Assembly (NCBI GenBank): GCA_905178155.1
Contig: CAJINV010000003.1
Span: 11,883,105-11,947,104 of the forward strand
From: Amoebophrya sp. A120
Taxonomy: Eukaryota; Protista; Dinoflagellata
Length of the DNA stretch: 64,000 nucleotides
Direction: 5' to 3'
Part shown: one piece after another, positions 12,662-24,815 of the stretch
Layout: every line of letters starts with the position of its first letter
How positions within the stretch are numbered: position 1 is the stretch's first letter
The notes under the pieces: generated by a model
Databases searched by the model: none
The model's input: the letters and a program-made list of their open reading frames with translations, nothing else
What the model was told of the DNA's origin: nothing
Position numbers and translations under genes: made by a program

Positions 12662-15600
12662 ATGAGACCTTCAAAAGAACTTGAAAATTCCTTTGCAAAA
12701 GCGAAAAGATGTCTTCGTTCACCAGTACAGGTTGTTTTGAAAAAGCGAAGAGCACCATGCTGTTGCTTGCTATCCCGCCTCCTGTTCGGGACTCAACAAC
12801 TACTCGCATTGGTTATTTTCGGCGGAGTTTCAATTTGGATTTGCACATCTCCTGGCGTAATATCCGTAAGCGCAAGAAAAGCTGCTACCTCTTCGTCCGA
12901 CGGAGACGAGAGTTCTGCTATATCCAGCCTCGCGCGGATTCAGTTGGTGACAAAGGTGCAGAAAATTTTCCTCAACGGCACTCGACAAGCGCTGGAGACC
13001 CGGATTTTTCCGCCTCCCATGGTCAGGTTGGAAAATTCCGTGGAATTGCCGGTGTTAGAAAGTTTGATGGAGCTTGGGACTGACGAAGTTGGAGGAATAG
13101 ACTACCGAGATGTTGAAGATTTTGCGAACGAGAATCGACATTCGGCGGTCGATATTGATAACGCAAACCGGGGCACCACCAGCGGCTCCTCCTCCTCCTC
13201 TTCACACGAGCCGGCACAGCGTCCGGTTGTTATTTCATCCACCGAGCCAGCCGGTATCGCAGCTTTGGACATCGAGAACAAATTTGTCGCCCCGGAGACC
13301 GCACTGGTGGTCGTCGCCCCGTCGGAGGTTAAGTGTCGCTTGTTCGGAAACCCGCACTCGCCACACAAGGTGGGCTTCGAGTTCGAGGCCATGAAATCCT
13401 ACGGCAAGGAGGATTTTCTACAGTCGTTAGACGAAGAGATTTTCTTCTCGCCCATCACCGCAGCGAGTGCAGCGGCAGGACCTTCCGCGGGGGCGGGGAA
13501 CCACGCTGGTGCACGGGGGCCACTGGGAGGGCCCAACGTGGACGACCATGTGCAAGCGAATGCCGGTGCAGTCGAGGTGGCCGGGTCCTCAGCAACGGAA
13601 AAACTCGCGGAGGATGAAAGTAGGAATCTGCTCTACTTCAGAAGCATTGCACGACGACGAGACCAGCAGAACAATGGGGGCCAGGAGCAGGATCATGGCG
13701 CTGCTTCTCCTAGCGAAAGACCTCCCCTCCAGGGGGGCCGGAAAACGATAGATTGGCTAGATTATGTTTCCGATTTCCTCCCGGAATCGCCGGTGCTGTC
13801 GCTAACCACCTTCCACCAACTCCGGGCACTGACTACGGCTAAGGAGAACCACCGGCTACTGTCCCCCAAGCAGAAAGACGCAGCGAGAGAGGTTTTGTGC
13901 CAGGGTCGGCTAATGGATGCCGCGCATGGACCACGCCGGAAGAGCGGCAGTAGCAATTTCTTCGCAAATCTACTAGGCCCGCCGTCAAAGAACAGCAAGA
14001 GGACTACACCCCCGCCTCCACCTCCGCCCAACAAGTTCTCCCGACTTGGCAACTTTGCCTCCAACCTCTGCGCGAGCGACTGGTATCATTTGTCCCAGCA
14101 GTTCCTCCACCTGCCCGATTGCCCGGCGGATTTGTCCGCAAAGTTCCGACCAAAGGACAGCTCCGCCAGCATGTTCCGGCTCCCGATCAAGGGCTTGACC
14201 GACGCGTTTGAGGTCTTGCTGCAGCAGCTGAATGCCCGCCCGGATTTTGTGCAAGTGCACGGAATTCCGGTGATCAAGACGATCAGCTGCAGATTGTCCG
14301 GCGAGGATCGAGTCAGTTTTCTGAACGTGTTTGGCGACAACTTTCGCGGACATCAGTACGGTCCAGCTGGCAATTACGGGATGCACAGTAATAACCCTGA
14401 AGGAGCTGCTCCTTCACCCAATAGTCCCCACTATCAACCAGCGCAAAAGTCTGGGTCCACCTTCGAAGAGCTGGCCTCGCTCGAACTGCACGACTCGCTG
14501 CGGTGCGCCGCCGGTTGGTGGCTCTCAAAAGCGAAACTGGATTTTTTCCTCCGCCTACCCTTGTTCGCCGTGAATGAGAAGGGCGTAAAACAGTACACGA
14601 CGCGGAAGCGGGATCCCGGGTTGATGCAACAGTTGCGAAATAGTAAAGCTAGTACCGGCGCTGTTAAGCGAAAGAGTAAGAACGGAAAAGTGAACCGCCA
14701 TCCGGAGCTGTATTTCGAGGCACTAGAGAAGAAGCAGGGTGAAAATAAACAAGACCAGGATCAAAAGAATTCGAGCCCGGAATACAAGAACCTCGGGCCA
14801 CAAGCAGACGCGAACATTTTGAATCTCCGCCTGATCTATCAAATGCAAAAATGTCTGGGTCTGGAAGATTGCCAGGTTTGTGATGCAAATTTTGCATGAC
14901 CAATGACGCCTGTAATGCATGCCCTAGCATCCCGGATTTTTCGAAGGCTTTCTGATGCTCATTCCGCATGAGAAATGCCCTCCCCGTGTAGCACAAACTG
15001 GACGCCTTTTGCTAGTCATGCAATACAGATTTTTTTGGAAACCAAAGACAGCATCACAAGTTACCACCTTCCAGACCCAGACATTTTTACATTTGATATG
15101 ATCCCCCAAGCGCGGATCAAGGTCGACACGGGGTACAACTTTTTATCAAAAGGAAAAATCCCCCCTCCCCATATCGAAAACGAAATTTGTGATGCTGTAT
15201 TTGAGTACACAAATCAGGTTTGTATTGCAGAGAGGCATTGCGGCCAGATCCCCAGGCTAGCTGGGGGCGTATGGTTCTAGTTGTGCAGCATGGCAAGCGG
15301 CTCCCTTTTAGGCCTCACAGCATGACAAATCGCTTCCATAATGGGGCGGAAGCTTCTGCCCTTGTCTTCTTGCAAGACAAATGTCATTTGTGACCTCAAA
15401 TCAGCAACACAAATTTCCGGAAACGTACCTGTTCGATATGGGGAGGGGGGATTTTTCTCTTTGATACTTTTTAAACCGCGTCCACCGCGATCTCGTGCCG
15501 AACCTAGGCGAATTCATCGAAAAACCGATTTTGTTGGCGTTGAAGCATATCACACAGAAGAAAGCAGGCAGGTCATGTTTGTTGTCATGCAAAAACAAAT

Positions 15601-17738
15601 ACATCAGAGAAAAACCTGCGTTGCATATCCCAAACAGCATGCTATGGGGCCGCCCATGACAAGTTTTTCAGTGTGTTTATTTCTGCATATACAAGAAATA
15701 ATATGTCCTGCTAGCTCTTTTCTCTGGGATAAAGCAGACGGGATTGTTGTCTTCCGGTTCGAAGTTTGGTCTGTTTGACGCAAATTTGGATAAATTCGAG
15801 AACAAGGTGCAGCAAGCGGCGAAGGTAGCAAAGGGCAGGGAAGCGGAGGCGGACGGAGAAGATGATGGGGAAGAGGACGAAAGCGATGAGGATGTTGTAT
15901 CGCAGCTTTTCGGCGGGGGCGGGGGTCATGTGGGTGGCATCCAACAGCCGAGAAACACCAGAAATACGGGACAAGGAGCAGCAGCGTCTTCAAACGACAA
16001 AAGTCACACACTTGAGAGAAGAAGGGCCGCTGATGCATCTTCGCATCACGAGCTGATCTCCGCGTTTCTTTCTTCGGAATGGGAACACCACGCCCGCACG
16101 GAAGCTACCGCTTCCAAGGCCTGGTTTGTGCATGCGGGGACGACGAAAGAAGCCCCATCCGACCAAGACGCCGATGAAAAAAGAATGCCGGCGGGAAGTG
16201 ATGGTGAAGCGAACCAAAATGATGTCGACCCACAGGAAAATAAAGAGCAAGAAGACCAGGAACGATCTGAAAAGGAATCCCTCACCTCCGAGGACGTCTT
16301 CCTGATGACTGCCCACGAGCTCTTCCTTGAAGGCGCACCGAGACACCGGGTGACCTTCCCGCAGGTCGTTTTCGACGTGACGAAATGGCCGCGAACGGCG
16401 AGTCTGTTCTCTTTCGCGGTGACCTGCCGGGTGTTGACCTCACGAACCCCTGCCGCAGCGTTTTCATCGTCCGCGAGCCAGCAACCGCAGCACCCGCAGC
16501 CCAATCCCAACCAGCAACTCCCTCCCTGCGGGCTCGGGTTATTGGAATCGAGAGTAGAGCTGTGGCTCGTCACGGCGGACGTGGGGTCGGTCGGGGATAA
16601 GGCGAGAAAGGAGTCGGAGTACATGTTTACTTTGGTCCAAAAGTACCTCCAACTGTTACACCAGCACGAACACATCGAGTCGGAGGAGATGCAAGACGTC
16701 GAGGCGAGCCCGGTTGGGGCGCTGCGCACGGTTTTGGCCTCGACGTTTGGAAAGAGGAGAAAACGGATGAAAAAATTCCTGCAGAACGAGTTTGACTTTG
16801 CGGAGATCTTCGGAGGTGATGCGTACTCTTCTGGAGGGACTGGTGCCGGTACTGCACCGGAGCGGCAGGAGCAAAACGTTGCATCTCCAGATGAACACCT
16901 GCACTGGAACACCATCAAATCTTTCGACTTCTACAATGGGTTCAACACCATCAGCGTAGCGGAGAGGAAGTTCCAGGCGGAGTTGAATTTCGGGCTCGAC
17001 GAGATCCTGTCCTTCGTCTTGAAAACGGTGGAACTAGTCACGCCGGACGTGCCCCTGCCCTACGGAATCGAGCTCCACTTTCAAAAGGACGACTACATTT
17101 TGCGGTACGGGGGGAAAACGATCGACACGGGAAGGAGGCACTTGGGACTGGATAGGAACAACTACAGCCCTGATTATTTGCAGCGGATGGGGGTGATGGA
17201 CCACAGCAATAATTACCAGCAGAGAAGTTCTTCTTTTCACAACAAGAATGTCCGGACTGACGCGGAGATCGAGGATGAGTTGACGTTTTACCAGCACAGA
17301 CTCCGCATCAGCAACAAGGAGGTGCTGGCAAACATGCTGAAGCGAAGCGAGCTGTTGTTTGAGCTGCTAGATTTGCGCATCCCGGCGGTGATTTCCTGGA
17401 AGGGGATTTTAGACGTGGAATTGGTGATTGACATCCACGGGGTTTTGGTGAAACCAAATGAAGTTTTGCAAAGGAAGTTCTACGGGGGGAAAGAGGGAGG
17501 TGGAGAGAATAGTGGCGGAGGATCAACGGGGGCTAGAACTTCGTCAAGAACAACTACTTCTGCAGACGAGGAGAGGCTGGGAGTGTTGCAGTTTTTCCCG
17601 TGTGTGACTTTGAAGGAGATGAGCTTTTTGAACTGGGAGTTCATCAAGTCAACGATTCAGTCGATTGTCCACGGAGCCATTGAGAAGGCCATGGTGGGAG
17701 TGAATAGAAAATTACAACCGTTCTTCTTTCGGTATTGA
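12662..17738 (+). CDS. Large hypothetical protein with an N-terminal hydrophobic segment; 4 exons, 3 TIR introns
   Basis: ORF 12662-14899, mini-exons 15104-15143 and 15472-15547, and ORF 15744-17738 join in frame (RLIPQARIKVDTGYNFLNRVHRD...ALKQTGLLSSG). Start codon uncertain. Confidence 0.72.
14837..15098. mobile_element. TIR introner, family A
   Basis: tatcaaatgcaaaaatgtctgggtctggaag / cttccagacccagacatttttacatttgata; perfect repeat tgatc; same length (262 bp) as, and alignable along its length with, 62652-62913. Confidence 0.93.
15144..15466. mobile_element. TIR introner, family B
   Basis: tatcaaaaggaaaaatcccccctccccatatcgaa / ttcgatatggggaggggggatttttctctttgata; perfect repeat ctttt. Confidence 0.92.
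15548..15731. mobile_element. TIR introner, family D
   Basis: tatcacacagaagaaagcaggcaggtcat / atgtcctgctagctcttttctctgggata, long imperfect TIR; perfect repeat aagca. Confidence 0.85.
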
Positions 17739-18136
17739 GTGTATGATTTAATCATAAAGAACGAGTAGGCATACACATCGTGCATTTATTTTGCTTTCTT
17801 TTGAGCGTTGAGTTTCACCACATTTTCACTTTTCTGTCACTTGCTACGATAAATGGTTCACCTCGGATAGTTTTATCTGCCCTGCATGAATGGCGACAAT
17901 TCGCTCTGAATTCTGTTAAAAATGCCCGTTTTGCAAGTGTGATTCTGGTTTTGATTTTTGCTGCAAACGAAAGTCGTCTGCTTACATGAAAAGGCACAGC
18001 GAAAAAAAATCATTTCTGTTTGAGTACTTTTGAGGAGTGCCGGAACTTGACTGAAAAGTTTGCTCTGTGGCTGCGTAGTTGTGTTGACGTGTGTTCTCGG
18101 TGCTCGGCTAGATCAGCGAGCCAGATGCCGCTGCCG

Positions 18137-18187
18137 CAGCTTTGCTGCAAATCCAGCTTTGCTGCAAATCCAGCTTTGCTGCAAATC
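18137..18187. repeat. 17-bp tandem repeat x3
   Basis: cagctttgctgcaaatc three times exactly. Confidence 0.9.
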
Positions 18188-18199
18188 TTTGGCCTCTGT

Positions 18200-20000
18200 T
18201 TTCTAGTCGCAGCGGGCCTAGAGCGCCGGCATTTGACACGTCGACCCTTGGCGGCGGCCCGCTTGCCGTGCGACGGAATGCGCCGCCGCCCGTGTGCCGG
18301 GCTGCGACGGTTACCACGCGCAGGCGATGGAGTGCTCGTGGAGGATTTTGAAGCGGGCCTGCTTTGATGGGAACCTGAAAGAGCCGGCCGGTCTGGAGGC
18401 GATGGCAAACATTGCAGACGCCAGCTACGCAATTGACCGCGCCGCAAATTCCCGGGAGCAGTTCTTCACCGTCCCGCCGGCCAAGTTGTTCGGTTGGCCC
18501 GCTGCGCTCCGCGGGGGGGGGGCGCGGCTTTCTATGGCCAGCGCCGCGCCCGGATCCGCCTCCCCCGATCGCTGTTCGGGGGGCCTCTCGCTCGTGCGCT
18601 CGGGGGGCCGGCGTGATCGAGGGGCCGGGGCGCTTGCGCTTGTTTTTCTTGCTGCGCGCGAGCTGAATCGGGCCAGAGCCCTCGTGGAGGGCGCCGCCCC
18701 TTCATAGGACCGGCGCGAAGCAGTTGGAGAAGCAACAGGAAAAAGAGGGCAAGCGCGAAGACACGCGCCTGCTGTTGCGACGTCGACCAAGGCCGCCGCC
18801 GTTCGTTCCCGCCTTGGGTGCGAAAAACCTAAAGGCTGGCCTCGCTGCGGTTCAAGTGCCGGAAGATCTGAATGACTTCTGCCCGTCCGTACCGGCGGGC
18901 TGCGCGCCTCGCAAACTTCTGGCATGCCTTAAAGTCGGCCCCGAGGACATTGAAGGCTTTGGCGGCGTTGCCGAAGCCGGCGCGGAAAGCGCAGGAGCGG
19001 AGCGTAGACCCCGCGCGGGTTGGGAAGTATTGCAAAGGCGGCGAAACTTTCGCGGTCCCAGTGCGGTCGGAAGTCAGCGAGCTTGGCCCCGCATGGCGGA
19101 GGAGGCCACTGCCAAAAAAGACCGACCGGCGCATGGGTGCGCGGCTAGAAAGATACAAGCGCGCGCAGGGGGCGGCGGGACGGCGCGAACCCGGTGCCGG
19201 ACCCAATCCCCCGAGGCTGCCACCTCCTTCAACTTGATGGGGGGCTGGCTCTGCCGGATTGATAGCGCAGCGGACCGCTGGGCTCGAAAGCGTGCGCGCC
19301 TGGAAGGCTATGGCGCGTCTTTCCGTTCCTCCTTCATCCCGTAGGGGGATCTCCGCCGCGCACGGCCGCCCTCCTTCGCGTCGCCGAAGTCGCCCGCCTC
19401 GAACTGGAAGCGGACCTCGCCCGCCTCGGGCGAGCCGAAGCGAGCCCGCCGCGAAAGATTCGACCTCCATCAAGGACGAGAGCGCCGACCACTCCGAGGC
19501 CAGCAGCGCAGCCCCGTACGGCGGGGCGGCGCGATGGCGCGGGCCCCCGCCAAAGAAGGCCCCGGCCCCCATGTGGCCCGCTTGCCGCCGCGCCCGCGGC
19601 GGCCCGCATCCCGGGGCGCCGGCCCCTTTCCGCGCCGGCCGCCGTTGCACGGGCGCCCTCCGCGCCCGTGCGGCCTTGCGGCGCGCCTGCTTCTCGGCGC
19701 CACCCATCGGGCCAGCGCGCCAGGTAGCCCACCGCCAGGCCGCCGCCCCGTTTTTGTCGGGGGCGCACGGCCTCCGCGAGCCCGGGAGGCATGAAGGCCC
19801 CCGGCGCCGGGGCGCGGGCCACATCGCGTGGCCGCTGGCCCTCGGCGCGCGGCTAGCGCCGGCTTTTTCGACCCGCGGCCGGCGGAAATTCGGCGCGCGT
19901 AGCGTACTTCCTTTGCGATGTGCGGCGGCACTTCCTCCGCGTATTTTCTGTGGTTGCGGCCATTTTCGTATTCGTGTTGCGCGCACTTGCTGTTTGGTTC
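18200..20000. other. Very GC-rich intergenic island, possibly decayed coding or mobile sequence
   Basis: Abrupt GC increase; overlapping Arg/Ala/Gly/Pro ORFs in many frames; similar islands at about 32040-33350 and 39700-40950. Confidence 0.5.
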
Positions 20001-20174
20001 CTTGCGGACCTCTTGTGTTCCCCGGATCCCTTTTGTTTCGTGATTTCTTTGGCATGCTGCAAAGATTTCGCTTTTTCGTCGCCCCGAAAGCAACCTAGCT
20101 GCATCGGTGCACCTCGCCAGCCCTTCGCGTTTGGCTTATTTCGCTTTCGGAGCCGGCGAACATAAATCTGGGTC

Positions 20175-23100
20175 ATGGGGCTTTTCGGACGTCTCTCCAT
20201 CTTTCGTAGCTCGAAGGACAAGCCTGCCGACGGCTCGAAGGACCTCAGCGGCGTTGTTCCTGCGTCCAGTAGCACGGGTCCCCGACCCGCAAGTCCGACC
20301 GGCGATGCGACCTCGCCACCGGACCAGTCCGCTACCGGTGCAAAAACCGCAGCGGGGACCAGTGGCAAAAATGCTGCCACCGAGCCTCCGCCGTTCTGGA
20401 GAAGGCCGCAGTCCGAGCAAGACATTACTGTGGCAACAACTTCGAAGCAGCGCCAAGCCTTGTGTGATCTGCAGCAGCGCAGGTTCTTGTCGGCTGCAAG
20501 TGGCGGCGATTCCTTGGTAGAATCCAGGATAAGAAATGCCGCGGAGCAGCAAGGCCAGCAGGCTCAGAACGAGACAAGCCCACCTTTGCACCCGTTCCCA
20601 GCCAACGTGACCGCCTCTCTAACTCGCGTCGTTTCGCTCCCCACGGAGATTGCTCCTGCACGCGAACTCGTCGCACCGATTTCCCGACGGCTGGTTGTGG
20701 AGAGCCGGGAAAATTTGATTGCGGTACAACAGCAGGCAGTTGGGCAATCAAGTGGGAACAATCTTTTTCGAACACGAAGCGGAAGGACGCCTGCCACTAG
20801 CTCACGCGCGAACAAATCGCCATCTGCGTTTGGTTCCTATGCCCGGACGAGACGCGGCACTAGAAATCACCAGGATCACCAGAAGATCTTCAAGTTACAT
20901 GACGCTGGTGCAGCGGTTTCGGCCCTGGTGACGGTTAGTGACGACCAACACTTCCTGGTGGGAACGACGGATGGGAGGGTGCTCCTGTTTGACGCCGGGA
21001 GGAAGATTGCGGACTTGAGTTTGGCGTCCTCGAGTGGCGGTAGACAACGAGATAGGGCAACTACTGCGACGACTGTCCTATCGCCAGTCGAGCATCTTGC
21101 CGTGTCGCCGCCGTTTTCGTCGCGGCATGAAACTGAGACGTTGCCACCAGATGCGCCACATCAGCAAAGAGCTATCCCTGCCACTTCTTCCCGCTGGATC
21201 CTCGCAGTCACGAGAACCCCGAACACTGTAGAGCAGAAGCTGACCCTGCTACGCTGGGACAGCAATAGGAGAACCGGTTCAAATGAGGTTCAAATCCTTG
21301 CGGAAGTCACGCTCCTGGCCCCGCCGGCAATAAAGGGAGACGACGAGGTGGACGAGAAAGTTCCAATGCCGAATTCACAAAATATTGGAGCGGCAACTAC
21401 TATGTCGAGGAAGCAAAGCACTTTGCTGTACTACAAGCAATTTGGCCTCCTCACTACCATCGCTGCGACGACGGATCTCGTCGTCCTGGGCGGCAGGGAG
21501 TTTTTTGATTGTTTCCGGATATCCGGCAGCGGGTTTTTGAAACGAGAAGGGGCGATACTAGGTGGGGATTTCTTGGGCAAGACGGTGAGTGCGGCTCTGT
21601 CGAAAACCCGGGACAGCTGCCTCTGCTCCTGCGTGTTACACTGCAAATATTTCGAAGGCAGAACAAGCCACGTTCTCCTCGGGCTGCAATCCGGTGGGTT
21701 TTTGGAAGTTTGGCTGGAAAATGGACAGGAAGCAGTTGGAACGACGGCGGTGGGGGAAAGTAAAGTGGAATTTTCATTCTGGAGTAGCGCCCCGGCAACA
21801 GCAGATGATCCGGACGTGAACCAAGGCGCGCCCATAGTTGCGGTGCAGGCTGTGGAAATGATGAAGCCAAAAAATTCTTGCTGTGTTTTAACCTTAGACG
21901 CAACTGGCAGCATCTATTGTTGGCACCCGCAGCGGGCGGAAGCATTTTTGCTAGTGTCCGGCCAAGCGTGGATTCCTTCGGTCTTGACGGAGTTTCGGGA
22001 GGAATTGAGCAGCAATGTGCAAACTGCAAGAACTTCTGCATTACAACTGACAAGTGGCTCCGGTAGTAGCAGTTCCAACGCGCCGACTTCATCAGCGACC
22101 CGTCCAGCGTCGCGCGCGGCGATTTTTCTGCCCAAGAACAGCGCCGAGCCGATCGTCTCTGCACCAGCAGCCACTACTGCTGCATCTGCAACAACAGCGC
22201 ATCAACCGCAAGGACCGGCTGCTCATTTTGCGCTGGACCAGTTTCACTTCAGCCTCTGCCCCTTTGATCCGAAGAAGATGAAGCAAACGAGGCTGCGACT
22301 AGCGAGGGGATTGCGGAAATGTCTACGGAATGGGAAATTGGCGGACCTGCTGCAGAAAGCAAGTCAAGAAGTGTCGCAGCAGCTGCCAGAGGAAGGTGGC
22401 GATGGTGCTGCCATGCAGAATGCAACTGCAGGCACTTCTGCAGACATCAACAACTCAAAAAATCAAGCTGAAAGTGCGATCGGTGCAACTTTCTTAGCAC
22501 CTAGAGATCAACAAGACCAATCTGCAGAACTTTTCCTCGCAGTCCATTTCACGTGTTCTCACACGAGCGGCGCGAGCGCAAATTTCTCTGCCTCCGTGGC
22601 CGTAAGACAGAAATTGGAGGGGTTTCTGCTTGCAAGTGATACAAGTGGAAAGACAACTTCTGCTGCGCGATCGGGTGAAGCAGCTGCGTCTCACTCCCGA
22701 GCGACAGCAGGCTCCTTCGGACGAAGCGGACTAGACGCCAGTCGAGATTTGCTTCTTCAGACTGGTCAAGAGCAGTCGATATCCTCTCTACTCTCACCAA
22801 TTGACAACCCTGTCGTGGTGAAGCGGTTTGGGCTGAGGATCAACAACGGGATGTTCACGGAAGTAGAACAGCATCAGTTCGGTCGACAATCGTCGCCTAC
22901 TTTCCTCACCCCGTATCGCTTCGGTGGCTTGCTCTGTATCGAGCAAAATGCTGTGGTCATGCACAGTTTGCTGGATGTAACATCGGAAACATCTTCATCT
23001 CTAGTACAACGCAGATTCGTCGAAGAGGAACATGAAATGCAGCACGGGAGTATAGCCAATGCTTCCAGGACGCTCTTCTGGATCGACAATGTGATGAGCC

Positions 23101-24815
23101 CCAGGGCGGCCCTTGCGGGGACTACAGGAAATTATTACACATCTCCTCCACCTCCAATCCGCACCCTCGCGGCCGACCCATACACCGGCCATATTGCGAT
23201 TGTCACGGGTGACTCGGAGCTGCGAATCTACAACTCGATCGGAAAATGTTTCGTTCAGTGCCCGTTGTTTGATTTGAGTACCGAATTTGACGAAGAGGGG
23301 GTGAATTATAGTGCGATGTCTCATTCGCGCAGTTTGTCATCCGGCGCAGTACAACCGCGCGAGCCCTCTTTCTCTGCCCGTAAGAACAGCAAGACAAGAT
23401 CTGCAAGTACTCCTGCACACTCTACCAGCATGAGAAATTCCTTTCTCTTTCTAAACAGCAAAGTGGCCATGCGGTACAACTACTACGTTGATAGCACACG
23501 AAACACGCACACAGCTGCTGCAGCGTCCAGGGAAGAGGACCACTACTCGCGGTCTTTCCTTCTCCTTTCTTGCGGAAGTCAGATTCTCTGTCTGAATGCA
23601 AGTCGCGGCTACGAGGTCTTTTACAGGTGGTGCGTCGAGGATTTGGATCTCGTACAGCCGGTAGCGACGAATATCCCCTCGAGTCGACGGAGAAGCAGTG
23701 CTACTACCGCCTCTAGTACTACTGATCTAAATCTTCATGCTGATCGCGCCGAAAACATGACGAATACGAGTAGCCAACATAGAAATTACAGTGCTGAATT
23801 TGCGGGCCCAGGAGGAGGCGCCACCGAAGGAGACCAAGAAGGACAAGAACTACTTCCAGACCGGGAATACTACTACATCCACAACTTCGACCTTTCGCAC
23901 GATTTTCAAAAAATTCGTGTGGAAGCGACGGAGCTGAATCCGGTCCTAGCAGCGTACAGTAGCAGCGGTGACGCTTCGTTGCTCAAACAAGACCACAGCA
24001 ACAGGCAGGAATTTCTTCTAGCGGTGAAGGAATTGGACTGTTTGAACGAAGACGAAAGGGAATTCGATAAAAATTTCTTATGCGGTACAAGAAGTGCAAA
24101 CCCAAACTCCCCTCCTCCTTCCCGTCCTGGCTCCGCAGCGTCCAGCCAAGGTTCGAAGCCAGCCCCTGCTGCTAGCGTTTTGAAGTCTACAAAGCCGAAA
24201 ATTCAGCTGTATCAAACTATGGAATTAGAAGAGCAAGACGACGCGGAGACGTTGACAACCTCTGGCAATACTATGGGCAGACGACGAGAAAGAGAAACCG
24301 ATAGCAAAAATAATTCCAATTGCTCTTGGCTCCTCGACACCTGGTCGAGTTTAACCTGCACGAGCGTAATTCCAAGAAATGTCCTACCTCGTCGCACGCG
24401 CTCGTTCCGGTCGCGGGCCAGACTGAGCTGGAAGCTGTTACAGCACGACGGCAGCACTCTTCTGATCGCGGAGAACCGAGTGCCTATAGCACCGGCGAAT
24501 AGTACAACATCTTCTATCCTCATCCAGAGACTCTGTTGGAACTTTACAGCAAATCGGGAGGAGATCCTGGCCAGCCAGGTTGTGCAAGTTGGCGGAGATG
24601 CTAGTGGGGGGATTCGAGACTTGGTGTTTCTCGACGCCAGCAACTACCGAGGCCTCTGGTTTGAGCACAGTTACTTTCAACATCCCGATAGGGAATTGCA
24701 CGGCGCAGCTGCAGAGCGGAATGTTTATGGCGAAGGTGCGACAATGAGTAGTAGTGTTTTAGTGCGCTGCGGCACGGGCCAAGTTACGCTTTGGAATGTA
24801 ACGTGCTCAGTCTAG
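20175..24815 (+). CDS. Intronless 1546-aa protein with divergent WD40/beta-propeller-like repeats and low-complexity inserts
   Basis: Single ORF; WD-like segments VSALVTVSDDQHFLVGTTDGRVLLFD, VLTLDATGSIYCWH, IRTLAADPYTGHIAIVTGDSELRIYN, VRCGTGQVTLWNV. Confidence 0.75.
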   Translation: MGLFGRLSIFRSSKDKPADGSKDLSGVVPASSSTGPRPASPTGDATSPPDQSATGAKTAAGTSGKNAATEPPPFWRRPQSEQDITVATTSKQRQALCDLQQRRFLSAASGGDSLVESRIRNAAEQQGQQAQNETSPPLHPFPANVTASLTRVVSLPTEIAPARELVAPISRRLVVESRENLIAVQQQAVGQSSGNNLFRTRSGRTPATSSRANKSPSAFGSYARTRRGTRNHQDHQKIFKLHDAGAAVSALVTVSDDQHFLVGTTDGRVLLFDAGRKIADLSLASSSGGRQRDRATTATTVLSPVEHLAVSPPFSSRHETETLPPDAPHQQRAIPATSSRWILAVTRTPNTVEQKLTLLRWDSNRRTGSNEVQILAEVTLLAPPAIKGDDEVDEKVPMPNSQNIGAATTMSRKQSTLLYYKQFGLLTTIAATTDLVVLGGREFFDCFRISGSGFLKREGAILGGDFLGKTVSAALSKTRDSCLCSCVLHCKYFEGRTSHVLLGLQSGGFLEVWLENGQEAVGTTAVGESKVEFSFWSSAPATADDPDVNQGAPIVAVQAVEMMKPKNSCCVLTLDATGSIYCWHPQRAEAFLLVSGQAWIPSVLTEFREELSSNVQTARTSALQLTSGSGSSSSNAPTSSATRPASRAAIFLPKNSAEPIVSAPAATTAASATTAHQPQGPAAHFALDQFHFSLCPFDPKKMKQTRLRLARGLRKCLRNGKLADLLQKASQEVSQQLPEEGGDGAAMQNATAGTSADINNSKNQAESAIGATFLAPRDQQDQSAELFLAVHFTCSHTSGASANFSASVAVRQKLEGFLLASDTSGKTTSAARSGEAAASHSRATAGSFGRSGLDASRDLLLQTGQEQSISSLLSPIDNPVVVKRFGLRINNGMFTEVEQHQFGRQSSPTFLTPYRFGGLLCIEQNAVVMHSLLDVTSETSSSLVQRRFVEEEHEMQHGSIANASRTLFWIDNVMSPRAALAGTTGNYYTSPPPPIRTLAADPYTGHIAIVTGDSELRIYNSIGKCFVQCPLFDLSTEFDEEGVNYSAMSHSRSLSSGAVQPREPSFSARKNSKTRSASTPAHSTSMRNSFLFLNSKVAMRYNYYVDSTRNTHTAAAASREEDHYSRSFLLLSCGSQILCLNASRGYEVFYRWCVEDLDLVQPVATNIPSSRRRSSATTASSTTDLNLHADRAENMTNTSSQHRNYSAEFAGPGGGATEGDQEGQELLPDREYYYIHNFDLSHDFQKIRVEATELNPVLAAYSSSGDASLLKQDHSNRQEFLLAVKELDCLNEDEREFDKNFLCGTRSANPNSPPPSRPGSAASSQGSKPAPAASVLKSTKPKIQLYQTMELEEQDDAETLTTSGNTMGRRRERETDSKNNSNCSWLLDTWSSLTCTSVIPRNVLPRRTRSFRSRARLSWKLLQHDGSTLLIAENRVPIAPANSTTSSILIQRLCWNFTANREEILASQVVQVGGDASGGIRDLVFLDASNYRGLWFEHSYFQHPDRELHGAAAERNVYGEGATMSSSVLVRCGTGQVTLWNVTCSV

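Noticed and set aside
18010-20098. Long Arg/Ala/Gly/Pro ORFs on both strands (also 32097-33369 and 40067-40966)
   Set aside because: Expected from stop-codon scarcity in very GC-rich DNA; they overlap in many frames and show no domain signal.
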